DNA from: Camelus ferus
Lineage: Eukaryota
Length of the DNA stretch: 64,000 bases
Assembly (NCBI RefSeq): GCF_009834535.1
Contig: NC_045696.1
Span: 16,556,001-16,620,000, forward strand
Direction of reading: 5' to 3'
The translations under genes were made by a program, and so were the position numbers. Shown in pieces: positions 36,300 to 48,640 of this stretch (positions are counted from its first letter, which is position 1; each line of letters starts with the position of its first letter). Below the pieces are notes generated by a model. That model was not told where the DNA came from and did no database searches. It saw only the letters and a program-made list of their open reading frames with translations.

Positions 36300-37860
36300 T
36301 CTACAAAATTGAACATTTGTGATTTTGATTCCAAACCTTACCATCTCCTGTGGAAACACGCTCTGTTAAGTATCACTTCTCTTGCCTCTGCCCATCTTTC
36401 TTACACATTCAATCACTCTCATTTAATTTCACCATCATTTACAAATATGACTAACGTCTCTCCTATCTGAGAAACACAATCTCTGTTTATTTTTTCCCTT
36501 TACCAATGAGCTTCTTAAGTATCCACCTCATAGCACCTATGTGTTCTTAAATTTGTTTGAATTTATTTTCTGTTTCCATCATGTTTACCCCGCATTCCTC
36601 ACAATTCCCAGCAAACTTACTCATTTTTCTCGGTTGTCATATTCTTTAAACTTTTGTACCAGTCGACACCATTACCCAGCCCACCCACCCATCCTTTCTT
36701 TGGCAAAATTTCTCCTTTGTGTCTTCTTAGACATTTTCTTATCTGGTGCTTATGCTCCTCTTCCAGCTTCTCTCTTCTTTTTTCACACGTGATGTCCACT
36801 TAGATGAGGCTATTCCTGGCTGCTTCCTTGTCTCTCTGTTTTTAGCTCTCTTCCTGGGCAATCTAATTTCATGGCTTCAATTTTGCTTTCCATGTAAATG
36901 TCTTCTAAGCCCATGCTGATACTGCTGAATTTCCCCCCAAAGCTCAGTCTCAATTTTCCTACTTCTGGCTTGACATTTCTATCTGGATGTTCCTCTAGCA
37001 CATTCTGTTTAGCTGTTCAAAGAATGGAACATCTCGTCTCCCTTTTAAATCTGGTTCTATGACCATTTCTCTATTTTGTTACGAACTACTACCTTGTCAT
37101 TTAGACTCAACATATCAAGGTCATCTTTGTTTCCTATTATTCCTATTCTTTTCAAAACAACTAATGTTGTTAAGTCTGTTTGATTCTATACCCATAAAGA
37201 GTGTCTCCTCCCACCCCCCAAATAAATACCGTTTAATCTCTCACATCCAATTCCATGAACTCTTTTATATTTCAGAACCCTATTATCTTTGACTAGGAGT
37301 ATTGCAAAAATATGTTAACTTTTCTCTCCCACCTTACTCTACCCAGTTAGCATTCAAAGCCTTGCCAGTTTAATGTTTCTTGACTTTAGTTTTTATAACG
37401 TCATCCTCTGCTTCAAATCTTCAATGACTCCACTTTGTTAAAACAGTAGTTCTCAACTAGGGGTGCTTTGCTTCACCATTTGGCAATACCTGTAGACAAA
37501 TTTAACTGTCATGACTAGGGCAGGGAGTGGCTGGGACGCTGTTAAACATCCTACAATGCACAGGACAATTCCCTAGAGCTAAAAATGATCTGGCCCTGAG
37601 TGTCAATTGTGCTGAAGTTGAAAAACCCTGGTTTAAAGAATCATCTACAAATAATTAATTTAGCATTCTTATCTTCATTTGCACTTCATTTACAATCCCA
37701 TGGGATTTTGGTAATTGTTCCTCTTTTCTGTTTCCCACCTCTGGGTCTTTACTTACACATTTTCCTGCCTGCTAGTGTTTTCTTACCTTCTCCTCTCATT
37801 AAAAAAACAAAAAACAAAAAACAAACAAACAGTAGTATCCATCTCTTAGTGCATAAGACC
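36300..37860 (+). mobile_element. Long, highly decayed L2 relic (contains MER20)
   Basis: Pyrimidine-rich L2 motifs 'ctctctcttcctgggcaatctaatttcatggcttcaa', 'ttgacatttctatctggatgttcc', 'ttcaaatcttcaatgactcccact'. Confidence 0.55.
37444..37630. mobile_element. MER20 hAT-Charlie MITE
   Basis: Ends cagtagttctcaact / agttgaaaaaccctg; internal 'gctgttaaacatcctacaatgcacaggaca'. Confidence 0.85.
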
Positions 37861-38039
37861 CCATAAGAATCCGAGTTGAAAGTGATGGTCATTTTTCTGA
37901 ATCCTGATAAGGATTTTTTTTTCATATATCTCTTACCATTTCTTGCTTTTTTTTTTTTTTACTTTAAAAATTTACATTTCTTGCTTTTAATAGTTATTTA
38001 TGTAAATATCATTTAAAACTAACTAATCTTTACATTTAT

Positions 38040-38350
38040 TTATATAAAAGCTTTGTTGAGATATAATTCATATGCCATAAAATTCACCCTTGTAAGTATG
38101 TATTTTAGTGGTTTTTAGTCTATGCACAGACCTGTGTAACCATCACCACTATCCAATTGCAGAACATTTTCATCACCCCCAGAATAAACCCATACGCATT
38201 AGCAGTCACTTCTCATTTGCTCCTTCCCCAGCCCCTGACAAGTGCTGATCTATTTTCTGTGTCTGTATTTTAATCTTCTGGACATTTCATATGAATGGAA
38301 TCATATGATACGTTGTGACCTCTTTCACTTAGCAAAATGTTTTTAGGGCT
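38040..38350 (-). mobile_element. L1MB-type 3' end
   Basis: 'gctttgttgagatataattcatatgccataaaattcaccc...gaacattttcatcacccc...tctggacatttcatatgaatggaatcat'. Confidence 0.8.
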
Positions 38351-39064
38351 AAAGACTGTCTTAGGAAATCCACGATATAAGATGCCTTGTCTGTATGATT
38401 AGCTTTTCACTTTGCAGACACTGAGCAGTTTATTCAAAACCTTCCTGGCTTGTTTTATTCACCAACCCAGTTCCATTCATTTCTGATCTTTCCGAAATAT
38501 GTTGATATTTCTTGTTTGCTGGCAAAACAACATTCCCCTTCCTATCATGTCTCTATCATATTATTGTCTCTGTAATGATTTTATTCTTTTTTATACTTTT
38601 TTGATCAGCAGGGTTTATAAAGTATAAGAGAAAAATATGTGTACAAAGTCTGCTATCTTAGAATTTTAAAGGCAAGAAAATTATCCTTTCTTGTTCAACT
38701 TTTCAAGCTCAGCTTTGGGATTTGTGGAAAAATTGATGCCATTAGTTAAGCGATACTAACTATGCTTTATGTTAAACCACAATTTATGTTAACATTGGAA
38801 TGTGACAAAAATGAATGTCAAATATATGGTGCTGATGGATAGAATTAGAGTTCTCTGAGTGGAGGAAAATACCGAAAGCAAGGCTTAGAACATCTGTAAA
38901 GTATTTGTACATGGAGAATCTTAATATAACCAGTTTGAGCTAGAGGTCAGTACATAATAATGAGTAATCTGAGTTCTAATATTTGAAAAGAAATACAAAT
39001 TTGAAACTTTAAAGTGTGTACTCCACTGCTTCCCAAGATCATTTGGATAATTGGGAGAAAGAAT

Positions 39065-39955
39065 GTTTCAGACCGAGGGAACATTAAGTGCAAAGCCTGA
39101 ACCAGGGGTTGTCTGCTCTGTTGAAAGAACAGCAATGAAGCCAATTGAGTTAGGGTGGAATGAAAAAGTAGGAGGAGACGTGGTCAGAGAAGTTAGGTGG
39201 ACCTGATCACCCAGTTCCCTGTATATCATGGTGAGGACTTTTAGCTTTTGTTCTGAGTGAGCTGGAAAGCCATGGAAAGGTTGCAAGTAGAGGAATTAGA
39301 TTCTGTTTTAATGGAATCTCTATTTCTGTACTTTGGAAGATAAGCTGAAGCTGGACAAACATCTAACAAGAAAGACAGTTAGGAGGTGATTGCAGTAATG
39401 CAGGCAAAAGTAATTATGTCTTGGATCGGGTTGATGTGTGATATACAGATTCTAGAGATGTTCTGAAGACAGAGTAAATAGAATTGGCTGACAAATTTTG
39501 TGTGGAGTGTAAAAGAAGGAAAAACATCAAGGAAGTTTTTGGTTGATAATTGAAAGGTTGGAGTTGCCACTATATTTGATGGGGAAGATTGGAGAGGAGC
39601 AGGTCCGGAGCTTGGGGGAGGGGGCAAGATAGGTGGTTGTCAGGAGTTGGGTTTTAATTATTTTGTTTGAACTGGCTTTCAGGTGGATTTGTTGAGCAGG
39701 CATTTGGAATTCAGAGGAGAGGTTCCAATTGGGAATGTAAATTTAGGAGTCGTTAGTGTGGGGATAGTACTTACAGCCATGAGACTGGGTGGGATCAACT
39801 AAAGGAAATGTGTAGATAAAAAAGAAGCAACCAGCGACTGTGCTCTGGAGCCCTCCGGATCCTAGACGTCAGGAGATGAGGAAGAACCGGCAAAGGAGGC
39901 AGGGAAAAAGGAGAAGAAGCAAGTGCTGTTTCTCCTAAGACTCAAGGAAGAGAGT
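39065..39955 (-). mobile_element. L2 relic
   Basis: 'gaggacttttagcttttgttctgagtgagctggaaagccatggaaaggtt', 'ttggaattcagaggagaggt', 'agccatgagactgggtgggatca'. Confidence 0.8.
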
Positions 39956-41466
39956 CAGCCTGCAGGTGTGTTCTCAGAGAGGAGGATCTTGGATCTTTTA
40001 AGCTTTCCTCATTTTCTTTTCGCTTGGTCCAACACACTGTCCTGGTTGATGTTTTGGAAGAGAATCACTTATGACTTCTTAAAAAGACATTCACAATTGT
40101 GTGTCTAACACCCCTTGCAGTGCCGAGCACTCCAACCAACACAATGAGTCGTTTTAGTCCCGTTACTCTGGTAATATTTTAATACGGGTATAACAAAATG
40201 ATTTCCTTGGTGGTGCCTAGAAACAGTGTATGTTGACTTAGTTACAAATGTTCTCTGGATGGTGCAATACCACACAGTATGGAAAATCTATTTGAATATA
40301 TACTTTAGAGTAAAGGGATGTAATAAAAAATAAAACTCAGAATTTTAACTTTCAAAATTTTTGCCACAGGAAAAATTAATTCAATTCATGATGCACATAA
40401 TTCTCAATGAAAAGACTTAAAAAGTATAAGAGGATGTATTTTTGAGCCTTAGTTTTCAAAAGTTTGCATAGTACTCTGACAATTCTTAAAGTTGTTGAAG
40501 AGATGGTGATGACATTTCTCAGGACATCCTAGAAATTAGTGGTATCTTCAGGCCAGCAACTAGCTGGGGCTAATGCAAATTTTGAAGGAAAAAAAAAGAA
40601 AAAGAATTGTTCAGGAGAAGTAAACTACTGTCCTTCTTCAGTTGCTTGCATTGTTATGAAGATGTAAAACACCCTTGGGCTAATGGCTTAGAACATTCAT
40701 CCTTGTACTGCTTTAAGAGTTGGGTAAAGTGAGAAAGTAACTTAGATCTGGATTTCTAAATCTACGCTATTATGTTCATTTTGGGCATCATAATAATAAA
40801 CATGTAAAGCATGTGTCAAATTTCTCAGTTTGTCCCTTTACTTCATAAAGGCAGCTTTCATTCAAGGGCTCCATAGTGAGGGTGAAGTTGCAAATTATCT
40901 TGTTAATTTCCACTTGCAGATTTCTGATGACCAACTCTACATAAAAACATGTCCTCCCATGAGACAAAAATGAGAAGTAAATGACATTTCTTTTTCTGTG
41001 GGCTCTTTTGCTTCCTAAAGAACACTAAAGAAAGGTTTCCTTTCTCCAGTTTAGAAAATGCACTAGGGTTATAGCTGAAAAGTAACTTATGAGATTTGTT
41101 ACTGATTCTTGATGGAATCTAAGAAGAGAATGGAGCATTTGTGTTAGGTCGAAAGGATTCTGAAACGTTTTATCAGAGTTAATCAAACACAATCAAAGAG
41201 TCTTCTGTCAAACAAGATGCAGACCTGAATAAAAGTTCCTACAAGCTTTTTTCTAAAAATATTTTTGTTAAAAGTAATTTACAACTCATATTTTAATTTT
41301 ACTTCTCTTCTCTACTTTGTTGTGGAGTATTCTCAAGCTTTTGGGTCACCCTTAAATTCATACACGTCAAATATTGTGCTGAAATTCTTCTTGGAGGATC
41401 ATTATAAAGACTTTTAAAAGGTCATTTTTCTTTGGTTTTCTTCATTGTCGTGAAACCAATGAAAAG

Positions 41467-41826
41467 TGTCAGAAGTTTTCCTGGGTTGTTGGCTGTCATA
41501 ACAAAATGCAATAGAGTGGGTAGCTTAAACAACAGAAATTAATTTTCTCACGGTTTGGAAACTATAAATCCAAGATCAAAGTGCAGGTCAATTCTGTTCT
41601 GGCAAGCCGGCTCTTTTCCTGACTTGTAGATGTGTACTCACATAGCTTTCCTTGGTGTGTTTGCTAAGAGAGATCTCTGTCTTCCTCTTAGAAAGCCTCC
41701 AGTCCTATCAGATGAGGACTCCACTCTGATGACCCCCTAAAAGCCCCATCTCCAAATACAATCATATTGGGGGAGGTTTAAGACTTCAGCATAGGAATTT
41801 TGGGGTGACACAATTCAGTCCATAGC
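41467..41826 (-). mobile_element. MLT1A-type LTR
   Basis: 'gctgtcataacaaaatgcaatagagtgggtagcttaaacaacagaaatt...ccccatctccaaatacaatcatattggggg...gacacaattcagtccatagc'. Confidence 0.8.
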
Positions 41827-42732
41827 TCCAGCATAGCACCAGACCTAACTAGATCAATATTTCCAGTGGTTTAGCATCCTGCACAATGTTCCCATTTCTA
41901 CAATCCACATTTACAGAGCATGTACTCTGTACTCAACACTGCACCAAATTTTGGTTGTTATAAAGATGAATAAAAGAGTCTTCTGCCTATAAGCTTATAG
42001 TCTAACTGGTGAGATTAACACGTACACTGACAAACATCATAATACCACGTGAGAAGCAAACAGAACTGTGCACATGCTAATTCACAAAAATGTCTCTCTA
42101 CACTGTATTTCCCATCAATGCCTTGATTCATAATATATATACATATATAATATATATTTTAACATAGTAGAAGACCATTATTTTCTGCTCTGATCTCTGA
42201 TGTAGCAAGTACTACCCAAGTACTTTCTTGAGGTACAAGAAACTCTATTATGTTTTAGATAGAACATTTTATTTCTTAGCTGCCTCAGGGTCTTGTGCCA
42301 GAAGTTTTTCCGCTTGTTTCCGTGACTGTGGCCAAGGTTATTTTTGTTGCATTATTTCTTTTCAATCTCTTCTCTTCCTCAATGTATGATCAATACGATT
42401 TAAAATATTTAGATGATTTTCACATCCTCGAAAAGTCAATGGATTGCCCCTATCAGCTGATAGGACTGTTTTTAACTGGAGTTGAATCCCTTGCCACTTC
42501 TGAAGAATGCATTCTTGCAGACTTTGAATTAAAATTAAGCAAAGGTCATAATGTTACAATTGTGTCAATTTCTGTTTTGATGTAAAATGGAATTACATGT
42601 GTCCGTGCATCAGTGTGTCATATAATGTATGCTCAGTCACCCTTTCATTAATCACAAATAGTTCTGAAATCACTGGTATCAATCATTGGTACCAAAAGTG
42701 AGACTACAGTTAATACAATTTTGAAACCCTCT

Positions 42733-42735
<3 letters not shown>

Positions 42736-42768
<33 letters not shown>

Positions 42769-42933
42769 AACTTTTTTTTTATTGAGTTATAGTCATTTTA
42801 CAATGTTGTGTCAAATTCCAGTGTAGAGCACAATTTTTCAGTTATACATGAACATACATACATTCATTGTCACATTTTTTTTCTCTGTGAGCTACCACAA
42901 GATCTTGTATATATTTCCCTGTTCTATACAGTA
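42736..42933 (-). mobile_element. Very short young L1 3' end with (TAAA)n tail
   Basis: TSD tttgaaac(c/t)ctcttta at 42720-42735 and 42934-42949; (TTTA)n tail; young 3' UTR type. Confidence 0.9.
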
Positions 42934-43429
42934 TTTGAAACTCTCTTTAATATCGATGTCCTTATCAGATCTTTTCAAGGCTGTTCCATGGTTAATTTCC
43001 CAAATTAGGCTGTAAAAGTTCAGAAGGCACCCTGAGTTTATAAGCATTGAGCCTGGCTTTGTCTTGCCAGCTTCCTCAGTACCATTGTGACTATTGGGTT
43101 TTAAAACTGTTTCTTTGAGTTTTGCCCTTTTATTTACTTTAGCCGGTGGACACACCTTTTCCTTTTTAAAATGGTATGTTGATGGCCTTTCCTTGTAATA
43201 ATAGTTGACATAATCCTGTTGAGCTGAAAGAAAACACTGCTAAGGAAAACACTGGCTCTTTCCAACTTTCTCAGACCTCTGTAAGGAGGAATGCAGTCTC
43301 AAATCAGGGTCAGGAGACACAGCTACCAGTGGATGCAACTAAGATTTCAGGTTCTCAGGCATCTTTGCTTGGGATTTACATCTTTGCCCCTACCCTAGAA
43401 TGCTGAATTGGACCAATAGTAAGATATCC

Positions 43430-43935
43430 CCCTTTTTTTCCCCCTCCTGTCAGATTCGCAAATTTTTTAAATAAGTAATAACAACCACTGCTGCCAGATA
43501 CTCAGGGATGTGAATGTTCCCTTACTTTGGTAGTAGGATTGTGAATTCCTCAACTGTTTTGGCAAATAAGCCTGGTGGCAATCATTTGAAACTAGTATAT
43601 GTTATATACCAATTCCAAGTCTTGAATTCTACCTTACATTAAAAAAATCACATCAGATAAGGGATATATGTATAATGCTATTAGTAAAATGGTTTTTAGT
43701 CAACAAACCATAAACAGCCTGAATTTCTGCAAGTAGAGAATTGAATAAACCATGACACATGTGTATGTACACACATGCATGCACACACACACACACACGG
43801 ACACATTGGAAGATGATATATTGGGATGTATCAATATCCCAAATGGGAGGGATGTTCACAATATACAGTGAGATGAAATTAAGCAAATTCAGAGTAACAT
43901 GAATAATATTAACCTTTAAAAAAGTATCAAACCTA
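43430..43935 (+). mobile_element. Old L1ME-type 3' region (host of the RPL7 retrocopy)
   Basis: 'aaaccataaacagcctgaatttctgcaagtagagaattgaataaaccatgac', 'gatgttcacaatatacagtgagatgaaa'. Confidence 0.5.
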
Positions 43936-43956
43936 AAAACAGGTTATGTGGTTGGT

Positions 43957-44728
43957 CCTTTTCTCCAGCTGGAACCATGGAGGGTGCAGAAGAGAAGAAA
44001 AAGATGGTTCCTGCTGTGCCAGCAACCTTAAGAAAAAGTGAAGGAATTTCTCAGAGCCAAAGATCAGGTGCCTGAGAAAGGAGTTTGCCAAAAAGATGTT
44101 TTGAAGGGCAAGGCAGAAGCTTATCTATGGAAAGGTAAGAACCGTCACAAGGAATATAGGCACATGTACAGAACTGAGACAAGAATGGCTAGGATGGCAA
44201 GAAAACCTGGCAACTTCCATGTACCTGTGGGACCCAGACTGTCGTTAGTGTTTAGGATCAGTATCCATGGTGTGACTCCGAAAATCTGAAAAGTGTTGCA
44301 GCTTCTTTGCCTTCGCCATGTCTTCAATGGTAACTTTGTGAAATTAACAAGGCTTCAGTTATCATGCTGAGAACTGAGGAACCATATATTGCATGTGAAT
44401 TGCCCTGATAGATAACACAGTGATTGCTGGCTGTCTTGTTAAATCTGGAATCATCTGCATGGAGGATCTGATTCTTGAGACCTATGTGGTTGAACAATGC
44501 TTTCAAGAAATGAAAAACTTCTGCTGGTCCTTCAAATTATCTTCTCCATGAGGTGGAATGAAGAAGAAGATCATCTGTTTTGTAGAAGGTAGAGATACTG
44601 GCAACAGAAAAGACCAAATCAACAGACTTATTTGAAGGATGAAATAAGGTGTCTTCCTTGATTATTTTTGTAATCTGGTCAGTTAATAAACAGTGACTGC
44701 TTTCCAATTGAAATGTAAAACAAAAACA
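43957..44728 (+). pseudogene. RPL7: Processed pseudogene of 60S ribosomal protein L7
   Basis: 5' TOP-like pyrimidine tract, ATG at 43977 (MEGAEEKKKMVPAVP), [65 protein letters not shown] (stop 44645-44647). AATAAA at 44685-44690 and an A-rich remnant. No introns; many stops and frameshifts. Confidence 0.96.
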
Positions 44729-44899
44729 GCCCTCCCCACCCCCAAATAGTTACATGATTGACAAAAGAGAAAATGGGAAAAGTATACACTCAATTCTTCA
44801 AATTTGTTACCTAAGGGAGATATGCGGGATTATTTACTTGTTATTTATTCATTTATTCATTATGTCAAAAGGGAAGACACAGTCAGGAGACAAAAAAAG

Positions 44900-47180
44900 G
44901 TGGAACACCATCCCGGTGATGGATGCTGAGTGAGTTGAGAGCTGGACAGCAATATGGCAGCCAGTCTTATTATCTCCTCCCTAAATGGGAAAAGGGAGCT
45001 GCTTCTAACTTTTTATGCACAGAAATTTAGAGAAGGATGTTGATTGAAGAGGAAGAGAAGAGCTAGACCACTCAAGTTACTTGCAATTACTGACAGCCCT
45101 ACACAGTCTTTAGGTTGCCTGGGCAACTCTTCCTAGTTACTTGCAACCATGCAGTGATACCCTTCCTGAGAAGAAGTTCTGCCCTTACATGTGACAAGCT
45201 TCGGCTCCTAGGGCAGGGAGGATGAGGGCAGCATAAGGTTATTGATGGATGGAGATTCATCTACTCCAAGTATGAGAAGAAACCTCCAGATGAGTCAATA
45301 AATTTGCCAGATATCCACGCTCCCCTCCTCACCCCACCTACAATGCTAGGCATCAATTTTGTATGGGGTTGACTGTCCAAGATGTGCTAGAAGACTATAG
45401 TAGGATAATATTTGAAATGATTAATCTATACTTTTCCTTCTCCCTATGTATATATTTTCCTCTCTCTGTTTCTCCTCATTCAAGCAGATCCTGGAGAAGT
45501 GTGAGGCAGGATAATATTTCTGGCTATTAATTGCCAGTAACTCAAATTTGAAGGGGAAATCAGGCAAGATTGCCAGAAAAGGCAAAATGAAAGAGAATTT
45601 ATGGGCATTGAACAAGTAAGTATCTGGGCCAGAGATGATGGGAGGGGAATTTTCCAAGCTAGAAAGAGATTCTCATGAGAATAGAGAACTGTAGAAAAGG
45701 AGGAGAAGGGAGGAGTCAGTGGGAGCAAGGAGATAGGGTCAGTGTCTGATTTCCAACTATATTAAGAAGGGAGTAGTAAGACTCCATATAGGAAACGGTT
45801 GCTTGATAGTGAAACAATTGAAATCAAGAGTATCCATTCCCCCAGTGGAAGACATCTTGAAATTACAAAAAAGTGTTGCAATGAATTGTCCTTGTGTCCC
45901 TGTACAAGAGTTTTTTGGAATTTACATTTTAGAAGTTGACTTTATGGGTCCTAACCTTCAAACTTTGCTAGCCATTGCAAAGAGCTTTTAACATTGTACC
46001 AATTTGGTCTCTTAATCTCTTAATCTTTTGTCTTCTCAAATTTAAACTACACTCCCTATTTTAAAACTTCAATGTTCATTAATCATCAGTAATTAATGCT
46101 AAGAATTTGAAATTTCCTGTTTCCCCTACTTCCTCACCACTGCTTGTCATCAACAAGCTTTTGAATTTTTTCCAGTATGACGACATGAAAGGGTATCTTG
46201 ATTTAATTTGCATGTTTCTATTACTAGCAAGTTATAACTTTTTAAAATACCTTTATTGGTCATATAGAACTTCTTGTCTGTGAGCTGAAGGTTTATATTA
46301 ATTTCTTTACTGGGATTATTGTCTTTTTCTCACTTATAGGATATTTTTATATATTCTAGATTGCAATTATTTCTCAAATGCCTTATAAATATTTTCTCTG
46401 TCTCTAGCTCACCTTTTAACTTCATGATGGCTAATGTATAAAAATTTAAAATGTTTGTATTATCAAATTTATCCATCTTTTAGTTGTATTTAATCATTTG
46501 GTCCTTCTGTCTTCTTAATAGACTATTTTTTAGAGCAGTTTTAGCTTCATAGTAAAATTGAGCAGAAGGTAACAGATTTCCCATAAACTCCTTGCTCCCA
46601 CACAGGTATAGCTTTCCCTCATTTATCAATATCCCCATCAGAGTGGTACATGTGTTACAACTGATGAACCCTTTTATATTTTAAGAGATCTTTCTTCAAT
46701 ATTACGAGATAATATCCTGCCTTTTCTCCTAAATTTTGAGGGTTGTTTTTAGTCTTTAAGTCTTTAATCCATGTGGACTTCCTATTTGTATATGAAATGA
46801 GGAGGAATTTAATTTTCTGATGTATTTTAAAATTTGTTCCTCAATCACATGAAGTCAACTTATCCTATTGTCAGATTCACTAGCAACCCCACAGAAAGAT
46901 CCAGGACAACAAAGCAGTTACAGCAGGGATCAGGACTGAACATTGTGGGTAAGCCACTAGACTGATAGGTAAACCTCATAAACCAAAGAGCAAACTGGTT
47001 GTGTTACCTGGATTGGTGAATGGGATGACCTCTGTGAAAGCCCTCATGCATGTCATGGACATTGACTAATGGGGACCCAGGGACATTCAACTGATTGAAA
47101 AAGGGTACAACTGGCCTGGCCTCACAACTGGACATTAGGAGCTGAGTTGAAACAACCAACCAACCTGCAAACACAACAGC
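44900..47180 (+). mobile_element. Ancient LTR-retroelement pol relic (Gypsy-like / MamGyp-int-like), interrupted by L1 at about 45865-46835
   Basis: Frameshift-tolerant manual translation gives, in pol order: WEK-ELLLTFYAQKFRE (44986-45034), VTCNHAVIPFL (45136-45168), Y*WMEI (45240-45257), SD-SNYIKKG (45745-45772), HACHGH (47045-47062), IQLIEKGYNWPGLTT-DIRS*VET..PTCK (47085-47171). Confidence 0.55.
45865..46835 (-). mobile_element. Old L1M relic(s)
   Basis: 'ttgcaatgaattgtccttgt', 'atttaatttgcatgtttcta', 'tctttaatccatgtggact'. A nested L1MC-like 3' end at about 46515-46670 ('ttttagagcagttttag...gttacaactgatgaacc'). Confidence 0.7.
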
Positions 47181-48171
47181 AAATATGGCAGAACTAACAC
47201 AGCCAAATTATTTTCTGACCAAATATAGACACTCCAGAGGAAAGTATTTTCTGGATAATGTTTCCTTTCTGTAATATCACAAAGTTATTTAACATGTACT
47301 ATAATCTTCTTTAAGTTCTTAAAAAATTCAACACAGTGGAAAGGAAATACACCATTATAATGATTTAATTGGAAAAAATAAAACATATTTATTTCTTCTC
47401 TGCTAAAAAAGAATAAAATAAAATCAATTTTAATAATTTGATCAGAGACAATAATTTTTTCCTATAAGCAAAACAACAGTAAGGAATTTCATGATAATTT
47501 TAATATTTATACAGTTTTTTTAAAAGAAAATCTTGAATTATAAAAAGCTTTTATACTAGTGTTATGCTTTCTGAAGTAAAATCTCAGTGTACATCATCTG
47601 AGTTATCAGAATTAAAAAGTATAACCCAGAATCCACTGTGTAATTTCCAAGATGAGTGTCAATTTAAGTATTGGAAATACAACTTGATCTTTGCAATAAA
47701 ATTAAAAAAAAATTAGCTGGGAATATCCCACATGCATTCTAAATCCCCCAGTTGACCTAGGTAATTTTTCTTCTTCTTCCTCAACACATGGCATTCTTTC
47801 TATGAATGACATCAGTTTGGAAATACCCTGTGGTTTCTGAGTTATAAATGGATAGCTCACTATGAACTCCTGATTATATTATGATTCATACTTTCACTTC
47901 TGTTTTTTTTTTATACTATCATTTTGAGAAAGTGAAAATGAAACTGTGTTTCATTGGCAAGTGGTTCACTAGGGAGAACAAAAAATACGGTTGACCATAA
48001 TGATTTGTAAAATATTTAAGGTTTTTTTTGTTAAAGAATATTGTGAAAACCATTTATTAAAGAAAAAACAATGTAGTTATGAATAAAAAGTTGCTCCTAG
48101 AGAGTGAATCTGGGCCTTAACTGTGATGATTATCAGAATTCTGCTTTATATAGGAGCCTGGCTTAAATTTC

Positions 48172-48232
48172 TTTATCTATGTATCTATCTATCTATGTAT
48201 CTATCTATGTATCTATCTAGCTATCTATCTAT
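48172..48232. repeat. (TCTA/TGTA)n microsatellite
   Basis: Tandem tetranucleotide array read directly from the sequence. Confidence 0.9.
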
Positions 48233-48357
48233 CATTCTAATCAATTATTTTTTAAAAACTCTTTTTCTTCATAGAATTGGGTTATGAGTCCTAGCCTTTT
48301 ACCTCTAGAATTTGTTTTCTTAACCATTACACTCTGGTAGAAATATGATAGCTAGCT

Positions 48358-48439
48358 AGAGAAAGAAAGAAAGAGAGAAAGAAAGAGAGAGAGGAAGAAA
48401 GAAAGAAAGAAAGAAAGAGAAATAGAGAAAGAAAGAGAG

Positions 48440-48482
<43 letters not shown>

Positions 48483-48507
48483 AGAAAGAAAGAAAGAAAG
48501 AAAGAAA

Positions 48508-48560
<53 letters not shown>

Positions 48561-48640
48561 GAAAGAAAGAAAGAAGGAAAAAGAAAGAAAGAAAGAAAAA
48601 GAAAGAAAGAAAGGAAGAAATGATGAAAAGAAGAAAGACC
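48358..48640. repeat. Complex (GAAA)n microsatellite, about 280 bp
   Basis: Almost purely purine tandem array read directly from the sequence. Confidence 0.97.

Noticed and set aside
44038..44289. 83-aa ORF containing RPL7 sequence
   Set aside because: Frameshifted fragment of the processed pseudogene, not a functional gene.
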